The position numbers were made by a program, and so were the translations under genes. The notes beneath the pieces were generated by a model, which worked only from the letters and a program-made list of their open reading frames with translations, was not told the origin of the DNA and made no database searches. Positions 1 to 9,369 of a DNA stretch of 64,000 bases are shown here, in pieces. Position 1 is the first letter of the stretch. Every line of letters begins with the position of its first letter. This stretch comes from Gammaproteobacteria bacterium (GTDB lineage Bacteria; Pseudomonadota; Gammaproteobacteria; Eutrophobiales; Eutrophobiaceae): contig CBDEUK010000002.1 in assembly GCA_965243205.1 (NCBI GenBank), positions 64,001-128,000 of the forward strand, given 5' to 3'.

Positions 1-124
1 TGATGGCTTTTGCTTCAATATTGGTTTCAAGCGATGTATTGAAATAATGTTGAATGGATTCTATTAACTGATTTGAATCAGCGGGATAAAAATATCCAGC
101 AATGGCAGCAGGGCGTATATTCAT
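1..124 (-). CDS. amrB: AmmeMemoRadiSam system protein B (MEMO1 family), 5' part only, runs off the window
   Basis: Hand translation from ATG at 124: MNIRPAAIAGYFYPADSNQL..., which fits the MEMO1 N-terminal RxxAxAGxFYP motif; divergent from amrS. Confidence 0.8.
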   Translation of the reverse strand, partial: MNIRPAAIAGYFYPADSNQLIESIQHYFNTSLETNIEAKAI

Positions 125-189
125 AAATAGGGATCGTATGACTAATCGACTATAGTTATTTAAGTATACAAACCATTTAACGATTTGCA

Positions 190-1278
190 GTGGAAATTAA
201 TCAATTACAATCCGTTCATCCAACAAAATACTGGCATCGATTAGAAGATGGTCGAGTTCAGTGCAATCTTTGTCCAAGAGCCTGCAAGTTGAAAAATGGT
301 CAACGTGGATTATGTTTTGTTCGAGCGGCGGATAATGATGAAATTGTTTTAACCACTTATGGTCGATCCAGTGGCTTCTGCATTGATCCTATCGAGAAGA
401 AACCTTTAAATCATTTTCTACCAGGTACACCCGTTTTATCGTTTGGTACGGCCGGCTGTAACTTGGCATGTAAATTTTGTCAGAATTGGGATATTAGCAA
501 ATCACGTGAGATGGATACGCTAGCCGACCAAGCGACACCTGAAAAATTAGCGACAGCTGCTAAGCAAACAGGATGTCGAAGCATTGCCTTTACCTATAAC
601 GACCCAGTTATTTTTATGGAATACGCCATGGATGTCGCTGAGGCTTGTCGAGAGCAAGATATAAAAACAGTTGCTGTAACAGCGGGTTACATTACCGAAA
701 AAGCCCGTGAAGAGTTTTTTCAATCGATTGATGCCGCCAATATCGATCTAAAAGCATTTACTGACGATTTTTATCGAAAAATCACAGGTTCAGATTTACA
801 AACTGTATTGGATACCTTGGTGTATTTAAAACAGGAAACGAGTGTTTGGTTTGAAATTACCAACCTGATTATTCCTGGCGAGAATGATTCTGAGCAAGAA
901 TTACATAAAATGTGTGGATGGATCGCGGAAAATCTCGGTTTGGATGTGCCTGTCCATTTTTCAGCATTTCATCCCGATTGGAAAATGCTGGATCATCCGC
1001 GAACTCCAAAGTCGACTCTGATAAAAGCCAGAGAAATCGCAAAAGAATACGGTATACATTATATATATACAGGTAACGTGCATCATATCGAAGGCGATAC
1101 GACGTATTGCCCGAACTGTAATGCATCCCTGATCGTCCGTGATTGGTATGAATTACGACAATGGAATCTAGATTCAGGAAATTGTACAAAATGTAAGCAA
1201 TCAATTGCTGGCGTGTTTGAAAAACAACCAGGGGACTGGGGCAGCAAGCGCCAAAGGGTATTAATGAATTCTTTTTGA
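190..1278 (+). CDS. amrS: AmmeMemoRadiSam system radical SAM enzyme
   Basis: CxxxCxxC motif (CNLACKFC), N-terminal CxxCPxxC..CFVR, DPIEKKPL motif, C-terminal CPNC; adjacent to amrB. Confidence 0.9.
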   Translation: MEINQLQSVHPTKYWHRLEDGRVQCNLCPRACKLKNGQRGLCFVRAADNDEIVLTTYGRSSGFCIDPIEKKPLNHFLPGTPVLSFGTAGCNLACKFCQNWDISKSREMDTLADQATPEKLATAAKQTGCRSIAFTYNDPVIFMEYAMDVAEACREQDIKTVAVTAGYITEKAREEFFQSIDAANIDLKAFTDDFYRKITGSDLQTVLDTLVYLKQETSVWFEITNLIIPGENDSEQELHKMCGWIAENLGLDVPVHFSAFHPDWKMLDHPRTPKSTLIKAREIAKEYGIHYIYTGNVHHIEGDTTYCPNCNASLIVRDWYELRQWNLDSGNCTKCKQSIAGVFEKQPGDWGSKRQRVLMNSF

Positions 1279-1296
1279 ATGAATTGTTACAAGATG

Positions 1297-1330
1297 TTGA
1301 AAATTTAATGAAATATAGTACTATGCGCGC
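1297..1330 (+). promoter_or_regulatory. sigma70 stable-RNA promoter of tRNA-Met
   Basis: TTGAAA (1297-1302), 16-bp spacer, TACTAT (1319-1324), GC-rich discriminator GCGCGC. Confidence 0.65.
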
Positions 1331-1337
1331 TCGTTGT

Positions 1338-1414
1338 TGCGGGGTGGAGCAGTCTGGCAGCTCGTCGGGCTCATAACCCGAAGGTCGCAGGTTCAAATCC
1401 TGCCCCCGCTACCA
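1338..1414 (+). tRNA. tRNA-Met (initiator, CAT)
   Basis: 77-nt cloverleaf, anticodon loop CTCATAA with GGG/CCC stem, GGTTCAAATCC T-arm, unpaired 1:72, encoded CCA. Confidence 0.97.
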
Positions 1415-1710
1415 AGTAACTAATTGAAAAACAACGATATTTTTCCTATAAAAAATTCCAACTAAGCCTAAACTGTATTTTTTTTAGGCGGAAAGTCCGC
1501 CTAACAAATAATCTCTTCAAAACAATAGCTTGATGGTAGTTTCCTGTAGATCAGATTGTCCTAGAAATACATGGTTTAGTGCTAAACCAAGGCTTTTTAG
1601 AGAAACCTTCAGGCGGAAAAGGACTCAAATTTGCAGTGAACTAGTCGATAAAAACTGAGATAAATGCAACTTTTTTATTGATGCACACAAGGTTTGAGGT
1701 CTAAAATATT

Positions 1711-2046
1711 ATGTATAAAAACACTATACAGAGAGAGGAAAAGGAGATGATTAACATCATCAAGATGCGGATTAGCATCTGCGTGGAACGTGACGAGCAT
1801 AGTTTTTATGCGTATTGCCCGAATTTAAAAGGCGTTCATGTAGAAGGCAACACAGAACATGAAGCTGTAAATAATGCTAGTGATGCTGCAATTGCTTACA
1901 TAGAATCTATGATGGTTAATAAAGAACCGTTGCCTTTATGTGTAGAGAAGTATTCATTAAATCAAGCGTTTAAATATTTTCTAGAAAAGATTTTTAAACG
2001 AAAAACTACCTTTATACAGGATCTGGATCTTAATTTGGCACATTAA
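1711..2046 (+). CDS. hicB: HicB-family antitoxin (short form; start may be 1747 or 1765)
   Basis: FYAYCPNLKGVHVEGNTEHEAVNNASDAAIAYIES..EPLP matches the HicB RNase H-like fold; TAATG overlap with hicA. Confidence 0.8.
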   Translation: MYKNTIQREEKEMINIIKMRISICVERDEHSFYAYCPNLKGVHVEGNTEHEAVNNASDAAIAYIESMMVNKEPLPLCVEKYSLNQAFKYFLEKIFKRKTTFIQDLDLNLAH

Positions 2047-2309
2047 TGAGTTATTCCAAAAATGTCTGGAATCAACTCAAAAACACGACAGCACAAGATA
2101 TCCAGAAAGCCTTAACCAAGGACGGATGGGAACCAGAAGTTACAAAAGGAGCCATTCAAGCCTACCGAAAAGAAGTTAACGGAAACGTTAATCGAATAAC
2201 TATACATGTTCATCCTAAAAAAACTTATGGCGCAAAATTATTGCAGGGCTTATTAGCGGATATAGGATGGGATGAATCAGACTTAAAACGACTAAAGTTA
2301 ATAAAATAG
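2046..2309 (+). CDS. hicA: HicA-family mRNA interferase toxin
   Basis: 87 aa basic protein: DIQKALTKDGW..KG....ITIHVHPKK..GAKLLQGLLADIG; coupled to hicB. Confidence 0.75.
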   Translation: MSYSKNVWNQLKNTTAQDIQKALTKDGWEPEVTKGAIQAYRKEVNGNVNRITIHVHPKKTYGAKLLQGLLADIGWDESDLKRLKLIK

Positions 2310-2446
2310 CTTTTTTTTATGTCTGAATTTAGGTCAAAAATTTCCGCCTAAAACTCCGTAAGCTATTGATAAAACCACTATGAAAACGGGTGTTTTCCGC
2401 CTAAAAAAACAGCTAAGTAATTGATTTTAAAGGAATGCCGGAGTAA

Positions 2447-2492
2447 CTCATAACCCGAAGGTCGCAGGTTCAAATCCTGCCCCCGCTACCAA
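2447..2492 (+). repeat. 46-bp duplicate of tRNA-Met 3' half (att site)
   Basis: CTCATAACCCGAAGGTCGCAGGTTCAAATCCTGCCCCCGCTACCAA, identical to 1370-1415. Confidence 0.95.
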
Positions 2493-4139
2493 TTGAACAG
2501 ACGGCTCGAAGTTATCGTTGTCATTAACAGCCATAGCTTCGAGCCGTTTTTCTATCTTTCCTTTGTCTTTCATCGCTTTATCCTCTGTGGCTATCCTCAG
2601 GATGCCTGCCAAGTCGCCATAGAGGTCGATAGACAGCTCGTCCTCACCGTCTTTGGACGAGAGCACGATCTTCTCAATCAGTCCTCGAACCTGTTCTCTG
2701 GCTTCAGCAGCTTTGCCGTCGCTAAGCGCTTTCGTTAGAGCCTCAATCTCAGACCTATATCGACGCGACATAGTGGGATGGATTAGCGGGCGCGGTTCGT
2801 CGTGCTCGTTTTCCGTCTGCGCCGCCAGTTCATCCAGTCTCGCGCTTACTCGTGCCAAATCGTCCTTGATCATTGAGGCTGGAACACCGTCCTTAATCGC
2901 CTGTACGATGTTTTCCCGCTCCTTGGTCAGCTTGGCCGCTTCTGCTTGGCGGCTGGCCAGAGCGGCATTTTGGGCGGCTCTCAGCGCGTTCATGTGGCGG
3001 GCATATTCATCGCAGAAGACCTGCACCAGATCATCCCGCATCAGGTGGCTCTGGAGGGCATTCAGGACTTTGCCTTCCAGCACGCTGCGTTTGATCGTCT
3101 TCTTGTTGGTGCAGACACTCTCGCCCTTGTTTCGGGCAGACGAACAGCCGTAACGCTCGCTGTTGATCTTGGAGTACCCGCCACCGCAGCTTCCACAAAC
3201 CAGTAGACCGGAAAGCAGATATTGAGGGCGCTTTCTGCTACCCAAGTGGCCCGAGCGCTTGTCCAGCGCTTTTTGACGTGCTTTGGCAGCCTCCCAGAGG
3301 CTTTGCGGCACAATCCTCAAATCCGGCACATTCTGGCGTATCCATTCGGATTCAGGGTTAAATCGAGGGACACGGCGTCCTGTAGTCGGGTCTTTGATAA
3401 ACCGCTGGCGGTTCCAGATCAGTTCACCAATATAGAGGTGATTGTTCAAAATGCCCGTGCCGCGTTTGCGGTTGCCATTGATTGTTGACTGTCCCCACGC
3501 CTTGCCCGATGGGCATGGAATTCCGTCTTCGTTTAGGCCGGAGGCTATGGCTTTTGGCGATTTATTCGCATGGGCGTATTCGTGGAAGATGCGGCGCACG
3601 ATTTCCGCCTGATCTTCGTCAATTGCCCGATCCCCGCGAATGGCTTCGCCTTGAGCATTGAACTGCTTGACCACGCGGTAGCCATAGGCAAGGCCGCCAC
3701 CGGACTTGCCATTTTCGACTTTGCCACGCAGGCCACGGCGGGTCTTGTCCGCCAAGTCCTTCAGGAACATGGCATTCATTGTCCCTTTCAGGCCGATATG
3801 CAGTGACGAAATTTCGCCCTCAGAAAGCGTGATGATCTTGACGCCAGCGAACTCCATGCGCTTGAAGATGCCTGCGATGTCTTCCTGATCGCGGGAAAGC
3901 CTGTCCAAGGCTTCCGCCAGCAGGATGTCGAATTCGCCATTCATGGCGGCTGTTAGAAGAGACTGGATGCCAGGCCGCATCAGTGAGGCACCGGATATGC
4001 CTGCATCGGTGTAGCAGTTGACGACTTTCCAATTCTCAGAGTCGGCGCGTTCGGAGCACAGCCGGATTTGATCTTCAATGGAGGCATCGCTCTGAAGATC
4101 GCTGGAATAACGCGCATATATGCTAATGCGTTGTGTCAT
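2448..4139 (-). CDS. Large serine recombinase (integrase)
   Basis: YARYSS catalytic Ser, LDRLSRD, recombinase domain, CxxC...CxxxR..C zinc ribbon, coiled coil; C-terminus LVAGAGFEPATFGL is encoded antisense by the tRNA-derived att. Confidence 0.93.
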   Translation of the reverse strand: MTQRISIYARYSSDLQSDASIEDQIRLCSERADSENWKVVNCYTDAGISGASLMRPGIQSLLTAAMNGEFDILLAEALDRLSRDQEDIAGIFKRMEFAGVKIITLSEGEISSLHIGLKGTMNAMFLKDLADKTRRGLRGKVENGKSGGGLAYGYRVVKQFNAQGEAIRGDRAIDEDQAEIVRRIFHEYAHANKSPKAIASGLNEDGIPCPSGKAWGQSTINGNRKRGTGILNNHLYIGELIWNRQRFIKDPTTGRRVPRFNPESEWIRQNVPDLRIVPQSLWEAAKARQKALDKRSGHLGSRKRPQYLLSGLLVCGSCGGGYSKINSERYGCSSARNKGESVCTNKKTIKRSVLEGKVLNALQSHLMRDDLVQVFCDEYARHMNALRAAQNAALASRQAEAAKLTKERENIVQAIKDGVPASMIKDDLARVSARLDELAAQTENEHDEPRPLIHPTMSRRYRSEIEALTKALSDGKAAEAREQVRGLIEKIVLSSKDGEDELSIDLYGDLAGILRIATEDKAMKDKGKIEKRLEAMAVNDNDNFEPSVQLVAGAGFEPATFGL

Positions 4140-4338
4140 GATCTAGTCCACCTCGGTTCGGACGATGGGCGACGCACGCATTAAAATCAGCTTCAGCGGC
4201 ACGTCGTGCCATTAGTTTTACGAGCCGGATCAGGCGCTCGTCAGGTGAGATGTGATTATGACTCGCAATTCCATGAGTCTTCAAATCCATCGCCCCATCA
4301 CGTCCGTTTGCCTTGTCCTTTCTTGGAAGCTTGCTCAT
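4123..4338 (-). CDS. Small protein upstream of the serine recombinase (candidate directionality factor)
   Basis: GGAGG RBS before ATG at 4338; helical LIRLVKLMARRAAEADF segment; overlaps the recombinase start. Confidence 0.55.
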   Translation of the reverse strand: MSKLPRKDKANGRDGAMDLKTHGIASHNHISPDERLIRLVKLMARRAAEADFNACVAHRPNRGGLDHDTTH

Positions 4339-4630
4339 CGCAACCCTCCAAGAAAAAACAGCGAGAGGCATATACATGCTCTCGCTGAAGTTCGGGGCTT
4401 GTGCGCCAGAGTTCGCGGGTTGAGAGCGAGCGTGCGATGGGTGATCCACACGCATACGAACTTGGCGACCAAATAAAAAAGAGCACTGGACGTGAAGCTG
4501 TCCAAAAATGCTCTCTTACCATCCATGGTAGTGTTGAAAACCTTAATAAAAGGTAAATAACAGCCCGAAAACCCGCAGTATTCTGCGATTTTTTGCAAAA
4601 ACTTGGATGTTCGCGGCTGAAATACCATTC

Positions 4631-5047
4631 TCAGGCCGCCTTTTTCAGGGTGATGCGCAGCACAATCCACGCGCCAACGAGTGATCCAATCCACCAAGGG
4701 ATATCGGATACCGAGAATTGTTCTAGGATTGCCGCGAACGCTAACAGCACCATTCCAATCGAGGCATACTCCAAGATGCTGGTGCGTTGTACCGCGTTCT
4801 CTATGCGGTATTCACCACGGCTCAAGATGGGAATCGCTTGGCGCTGATGCACCATGCGTCGCCAGATGAAGCTCCGATACCATGCCTTGAGTGCGCCAAA
4901 GAGAAGTAACCAAGGCGAGGCGACATACAAGTAATACGGCCAGTGTGCAGGGGTATAACGGCTATCGGCATTCCCTAAAACGCCGTATGCGCCATAGGCG
5001 AGTGCCAAGAGCAAAATGATGTTGATCCAAACCCGTTTCATCATCAT
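4631..5047 (-). CDS. Hypothetical membrane protein (~4 TM)
   Basis: Several hydrophobic segments; start overlaps the stop of the VirD4-like gene. Confidence 0.7.
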   Translation of the reverse strand: MMMKRVWINIILLLALAYGAYGVLGNADSRYTPAHWPYYLYVASPWLLLFGALKAWYRSFIWRRMVHQRQAIPILSRGEYRIENAVQRTSILEYASIGMVLLAFAAILEQFSVSDIPWWIGSLVGAWIVLRITLKKAA

Positions 5048-6663
5048 TAGTCCCCGTCGAATACCTTATCGAGTGCCTTGCCGATATCGAAGCCGGCACG
5101 CTGAAAATTGACGGGCGACGCCAGAGGTCGATCCGCATAATGCGGATGGATATCGAACAACGGGCTGCCATCCTTTTTGCGGTAGCGCTTATCCAGAAAA
5201 TACGCGGTCTTGAAACACGCAACCGGATAGGCGTGCGACAGGATGAGAATTTGCGCCGCAGGGTGCATCGTTGTGACTTCATCGGGTGTAATCAGACTAC
5301 GGGAAATCAAGCCATCATCGCGGCTCAAATAGTACGGGTCGGACAACAATCCGGCACGCCGTTCGGCACTGGCGTGGCTAACGGATTCAACTGTACCGAT
5401 CCCGCAAAGGCGCGACGTATATTCGGACGTCATCAGATCGTTCGTTCCGAAGATCTGAATGACGCCGCTATTGGCAACGAAGGTCTGCCAGCGTTGTTGG
5501 TATAGGTCTGCGAGCTGATTGAAGTCCTGTACGATCATGTGAAGTTGCATACCGTATCCGGCCATTAGCCCGTAGGCTGTCTCGATAGTTTCCATGCGCC
5601 CCAAGGCCGCCGCTTCTTCAATCAAGAAGTAAACAGGCGGATCGGGCTTGGTCTTGAATCTCGTCACCGCCGTAATGGCGATGCTGATTAACATCCGCAG
5701 AAAGCGGTTGTACGTGAATAGGCGTCCAGCAGGCAGGACGATGAAAATACTTGTCTTGCCGTTTTCCAACTCATCGAATGAAAAGTCTGTTTCTGACAGC
5801 GCACGCTGGATACGTGGGCTTTCGAGAAAATGTGTGTTTTGCTGTGCCGTGGACATAACGCCGGACAGTTCCTTGGAAGCCTTGTTCAGGATACGCGCAG
5901 CCGCAGCGCGGACATACTCATTGCGGCTCTGCGCCATACCCGGATGCACAAGATGAACATTGTCGTCTTCGTCTTTCTCGAAACGACCGCCGACCATTGC
6001 TTTGAAGTCACGCGCAGACAGATTCAGCAATCGGCGAACTTGGGCAAGGTCACGCGATTTCTTGTCCGTTGGGATCAACGGCAGTGGCGTGGCCGCCACG
6101 TACAGGATCAACCCCATAATCAGGTTGCGGGCTTCGTCGTTCCAGAAGGGTTCCTTAACGCCTCGATCCGTAACTATGCTGTCTGCAATGAGAAGTGCGT
6201 CTTCCACAAAGTCATCTCTGTCAGGATCGAGCCAGTCAAGTGGGTTAAATCTTGCTGGTGACACTCCCAGATAGGAGCAGACTTCATCCCAAGGATCGAC
6301 GATGACCAACTTGTGGCCAAGAACATCGCGACGATATCGGCCACAGATTAGCGATAGTTCACCGTCCTTTACGTCAACACCCAAGAAAGAACCCCAATGA
6401 TCCATACAGCGCGGCGCCGAGCTGGTTAGCAGCTTGCCGCTGCGAGTAGGGGCGACGGTGAGCAGGTGGCGTTGCGTGTTTGAGGTAATAGCGAATGCAC
6501 TTCCTTTGGCATTATCCGGCAAGCCATAGCCGAGGAAAATTTTTCCATTTTCTCCATAGTGACGTGTTTTCAAATGCGCTTTGTCTGCCCAACGGGCGGA
6601 ACCGTGCATGTTCGGATCGCGACTATAAATACGCGCCGCTTCATATTGCTCACGGGTTTGCAT
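5047..6663 (-). CDS. Type IV coupling protein, VirD4/TraG family, without an obvious N-terminal TM anchor
   Basis: HGSARWA motif, Walker A APTRSGK, DVKDGEL, RFNPLDWL, Walker B FLIEEAAALG, IVQDFNQLADLY. Confidence 0.88.
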   Translation of the reverse strand: MQTREQYEAARIYSRDPNMHGSARWADKAHLKTRHYGENGKIFLGYGLPDNAKGSAFAITSNTQRHLLTVAPTRSGKLLTSSAPRCMDHWGSFLGVDVKDGELSLICGRYRRDVLGHKLVIVDPWDEVCSYLGVSPARFNPLDWLDPDRDDFVEDALLIADSIVTDRGVKEPFWNDEARNLIMGLILYVAATPLPLIPTDKKSRDLAQVRRLLNLSARDFKAMVGGRFEKDEDDNVHLVHPGMAQSRNEYVRAAAARILNKASKELSGVMSTAQQNTHFLESPRIQRALSETDFSFDELENGKTSIFIVLPAGRLFTYNRFLRMLISIAITAVTRFKTKPDPPVYFLIEEAAALGRMETIETAYGLMAGYGMQLHMIVQDFNQLADLYQQRWQTFVANSGVIQIFGTNDLMTSEYTSRLCGIGTVESVSHASAERRAGLLSDPYYLSRDDGLISRSLITPDEVTTMHPAAQILILSHAYPVACFKTAYFLDKRYRKKDGSPLFDIHPHYADRPLASPVNFQRAGFDIGKALDKVFDGD

Positions 6664-7702
6664 AGCTACCTCCCGCGCATTCCTGCACGCTCAAGACTTT
6701 CTGCGTCCGGTAAGCGGCGCTGAGGGAGTGAAAGTACCTTGTCAGGTTTTGGCTGATATCAGAGGTACTATGGAGAAAGGCATCTGCCAATCCAGTGAGA
6801 TAGCGGTCTTCACGCAGGCCAAGAAAATAGACAAAAGTCAGCGTATTGTTCTTGGCTGCTTCTACCTGTTGTCGGAGCGCGTCATCGGTGCCGATCTGTC
6901 CATCGGTTATGACAATGACCGCTTTTTGATGATTATCGAAATACGACTGATTCAGACTGTCATAGGCACTGGCGAGTGGGCGATACAAATCCGTCCCTCC
7001 CTCAGCGACCAGTGAATCCAGTTTGAAGTCTCCGGCGTTGCAATTTTGATAAACATTATTGTGATAGCTGTAGCCACTACTGAAGCTGGCAACGGCGCAC
7101 TCCGCTGTTGGCGGCAATCCCTTCAAGAACTCGTTAGCGCTTTGCTGGACATCGGAGACAACGCTGGCCATTGAGCCGGAACGATCTAGCAAGAGCGTAA
7201 AAGCCATTTTCGGCGCGGCGCTGGTAACGGTCTTGTAGTCAAAACAGAGTTTGCGCCCGCCGATGGTATAGACCGCCAAGCTGTCCGCAGGCGGTGAAAC
7301 GAAGTTTCCATTACTGTCCTTGAAGCTGGTGATAATCTGCAAACCGTTGGGGGTCTGCCTAGTCCTGATGATCTCGGACGTACCACCGCTGAAGGCGACG
7401 ACAAGATCATTATCCAGATCAATATCAAAGCCCGACGTTATGCGGATACCACGCGCATCGGTCATACCGATATTCGATACTGTTCGGATCAGGACATCGG
7501 ACGGCAGTAGCTTCGGATCAGTTCTGACTTTCAGCGATATGCTTTGTTCGAAGTCGTAACGGCTTCGAAGAACAATTGTCGGGGCTATGGCCTCAGTGCG
7601 GGACGTGATATTGATCGACGCATCCTGCGCAAGGCTAGCTGCCGAGATTAAGCCACCGACACACAAAGTGCCGATGGCCGCAGAAAGTTTTACACATTTC
7701 AT
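6650..7702 (-). CDS. Secreted/periplasmic vWA-domain protein
   Basis: Signal peptide; MIDAS DRSGS, GGTDL, VITDG. Confidence 0.85.
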   Translation of the reverse strand: MKCVKLSAAIGTLCVGGLISAASLAQDASINITSRTEAIAPTIVLRSRYDFEQSISLKVRTDPKLLPSDVLIRTVSNIGMTDARGIRITSGFDIDLDNDLVVAFSGGTSEIIRTRQTPNGLQIITSFKDSNGNFVSPPADSLAVYTIGGRKLCFDYKTVTSAAPKMAFTLLLDRSGSMASVVSDVQQSANEFLKGLPPTAECAVASFSSGYSYHNNVYQNCNAGDFKLDSLVAEGGTDLYRPLASAYDSLNQSYFDNHQKAVIVITDGQIGTDDALRQQVEAAKNNTLTFVYFLGLREDRYLTGLADAFLHSTSDISQNLTRYFHSLSAAYRTQKVLSVQECAGGSYANP

Positions 7703-7714
7703 AATCCAGACCCC

Positions 7715-8395
7715 CTATAGCAACGTCTTTAGACGCGAGCGGGTCTGGGCCTCGCCGAGCAGGTCAAAGTCCAATTCGCCGGAACGGGCGCGTCCCAGAA
7801 CGCCAATTGAAGCAAGGTAGGCTTGAAGCATCTGATCCTGATCGGGATGAACCCGCATGATTTTCAGGACGCTCAGCCGATCCGCAAAATTTGCCAAGGC
7901 CAGGTCACTTGGCACTTCTTGAGGCACCTGAACTTCAATTTCCTGATCCGCAGACTGAAACGGCACATGAACTGTCGATCCAAGCCAGTAAATACGCACT
8001 GCATCGGGCTGGGATAGGCTGATCGTGGTTTCGATCTGCTCAAACGCCATGACCAGATCGGAGAAGGATGGCTTGAAGTGAACCAGATTCTTGACCTCAC
8101 CAGCTTGATCCAAGAGCTGGCTTGGGGTTCCCGACCATGCAATGCGGTTCGATGATGCGCTCAGGACGATGTGAATTTGCGCGTCACGCGTTGCCCTGCG
8201 ACGTTCAAGCGAGGTGAGCTGCTGAAGCAGGTTCAGAGCTGTATTCATCGCTTCGTCGCGGTCGTCGTCGGCGACGGTGCCACCATTTTCGATCAAAACG
8301 AAAATAGCCTCAGAAGGCTGCACGACCGGGGCAGAGGTCTGATCTCCGCAGGCAACCAGAAAGAAAGACAGTGAAATGATTTTGAATGCTTTCAT
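7715..8395 (-). CDS. Putative lipoprotein, possibly a degenerate vWA-like fold
   Basis: MKAFK + hydrophobic stretch + LVACG lipobox; IFVLIENGGTV resembles the first vWA strand. Confidence 0.7.
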   Translation of the reverse strand: MKAFKIISLSFFLVACGDQTSAPVVQPSEAIFVLIENGGTVADDDRDEAMNTALNLLQQLTSLERRRATRDAQIHIVLSASSNRIAWSGTPSQLLDQAGEVKNLVHFKPSFSDLVMAFEQIETTISLSQPDAVRIYWLGSTVHVPFQSADQEIEVQVPQEVPSDLALANFADRLSVLKIMRVHPDQDQMLQAYLASIGVLGRARSGELDFDLLGEAQTRSRLKTLL

Positions 8396-8400
8396 GGCTG

Positions 8401-8994
8401 TTACTCCTGTGGTGACTTCAGATTGCGGAAGGCACGGGTGGTGAACATTGCGAGGACGATATTGATCACCGCAATGACGGCGCTCACGCCAATGGCGAGA
8501 CCCTTGTTCTCAGCCAGAAACGCCATGACGCCGCTTTGCTCGGTTTGAATCCCAAAACCCGATGGAGCAATTTCGCGGGCCACCAAGGTGTAGAGATTGA
8601 CGACTTCCAGTCCGATCACGAGGATCAGAATCAAGCCAGCAAAGGTCGCGATGATCTGGTTCTGCGGGTGTGAGAACCATTCTTGCGGATCGTCCAGTAT
8701 TTTCTGCCGATAGACTTCTGCCCAAATGAAGATCGGTGTACCGACCGAAAACGTTGCCAGCAACATCGAGATGATGTGAGAAGCATTGGCATCAGGATCG
8801 ATGGCATCAAATGCTGGGCCTATGACTGGCAGCTCCGATAAATAGGTTTCATTCATCAGACCGATGGTCTCGGTATATACGGCATAAAACATCGTCCACA
8901 TGGAGCCTTCCAGCACCAGATAGAACAATGTGGTGGCGATGGCTGCGAAGCTCGGTGGCCGCATTCCATCGAACGGGGATGCTTTATCAAACAT
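8401..8994 (-). CDS. Hypothetical integral membrane protein (~4 TM)
   Basis: Four hydrophobic segments; ATG at 8994 with purine-rich RBS overlaps the upstream ORF stop (ATGTTTGA). Confidence 0.72.
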   Translation of the reverse strand: MFDKASPFDGMRPPSFAAIATTLFYLVLEGSMWTMFYAVYTETIGLMNETYLSELPVIGPAFDAIDPDANASHIISMLLATFSVGTPIFIWAEVYRQKILDDPQEWFSHPQNQIIATFAGLILILVIGLEVVNLYTLVAREIAPSGFGIQTEQSGVMAFLAENKGLAIGVSAVIAVINIVLAMFTTRAFRNLKSPQE

Positions 8995-9184
8995 GATGCA
9001 CCCCCTTGGCCGACTTGCTGGCAATGTTCAGGCAGCCATGCTGGAAACAGCGCGGGTTTTCACACGTTACCCATAGTTCGCAGCGAAGCTGATCGGCGCA
9101 CGGGTCGGGCGGGGTTGGCTCGTAAACGGGATCGTTTGCCGCTTCAAGCGTGATGAGAACGGTGATGACTGGATAGTCAGACAT
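8987..9184 (-). CDS. Small Cys-rich hypothetical protein, first gene of the operon
   Basis: Strong AAGGAGG RBS; five Cys (C..C..C..CFQHGC); overlaps the next gene. Confidence 0.6.
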   Translation of the reverse strand: MSDYPVITVLITLEAANDPVYEPTPPDPCADQLRCELWVTCENPRCFQHGCLNIASKSAKGVHHV

Positions 9185-9369
9185 TTAAAGCCTCCTTGCC
9201 CTGCCAAGCAGGGCATTTGAACGGGTTGTTCGGTTAAGAGGCTTTGCGCAAAGCTCGTAAGAAATACTATTTCAGGCGTAGAAAGCTGGGAAGCGAAAAG
9301 AACACTTCTGGTTAAGTTTAGCGTACCGACGTAAAATGCTAATTCGAATTAGATGGTTAGGTATGCCTC

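Larger units (their letters stand above)
1370..2492. mobile_element. ~1.1 kb non-autonomous tRNA-integrated islet carrying hicB-hicA
   Basis: 46-bp direct repeat of the tRNA 3' half at 1370-1415 and 2447-2492; inverted TAGGCGGAAA motifs near both inner ends; no integrase inside. Confidence 0.75.

Noticed and set aside
869-1396. 175-aa minus-strand ORF starting MNLRPSGYEPDELPDCSTP
   Set aside because: Antisense shadow of tRNA-Met and amrS; a typical spurious ORF.
2493-8725. Many short overlapping or antisense ORFs inside the recombinase and T4CP operon
   Set aside because: They overlap well-supported genes in GC-rich DNA and show no motifs or RBS.
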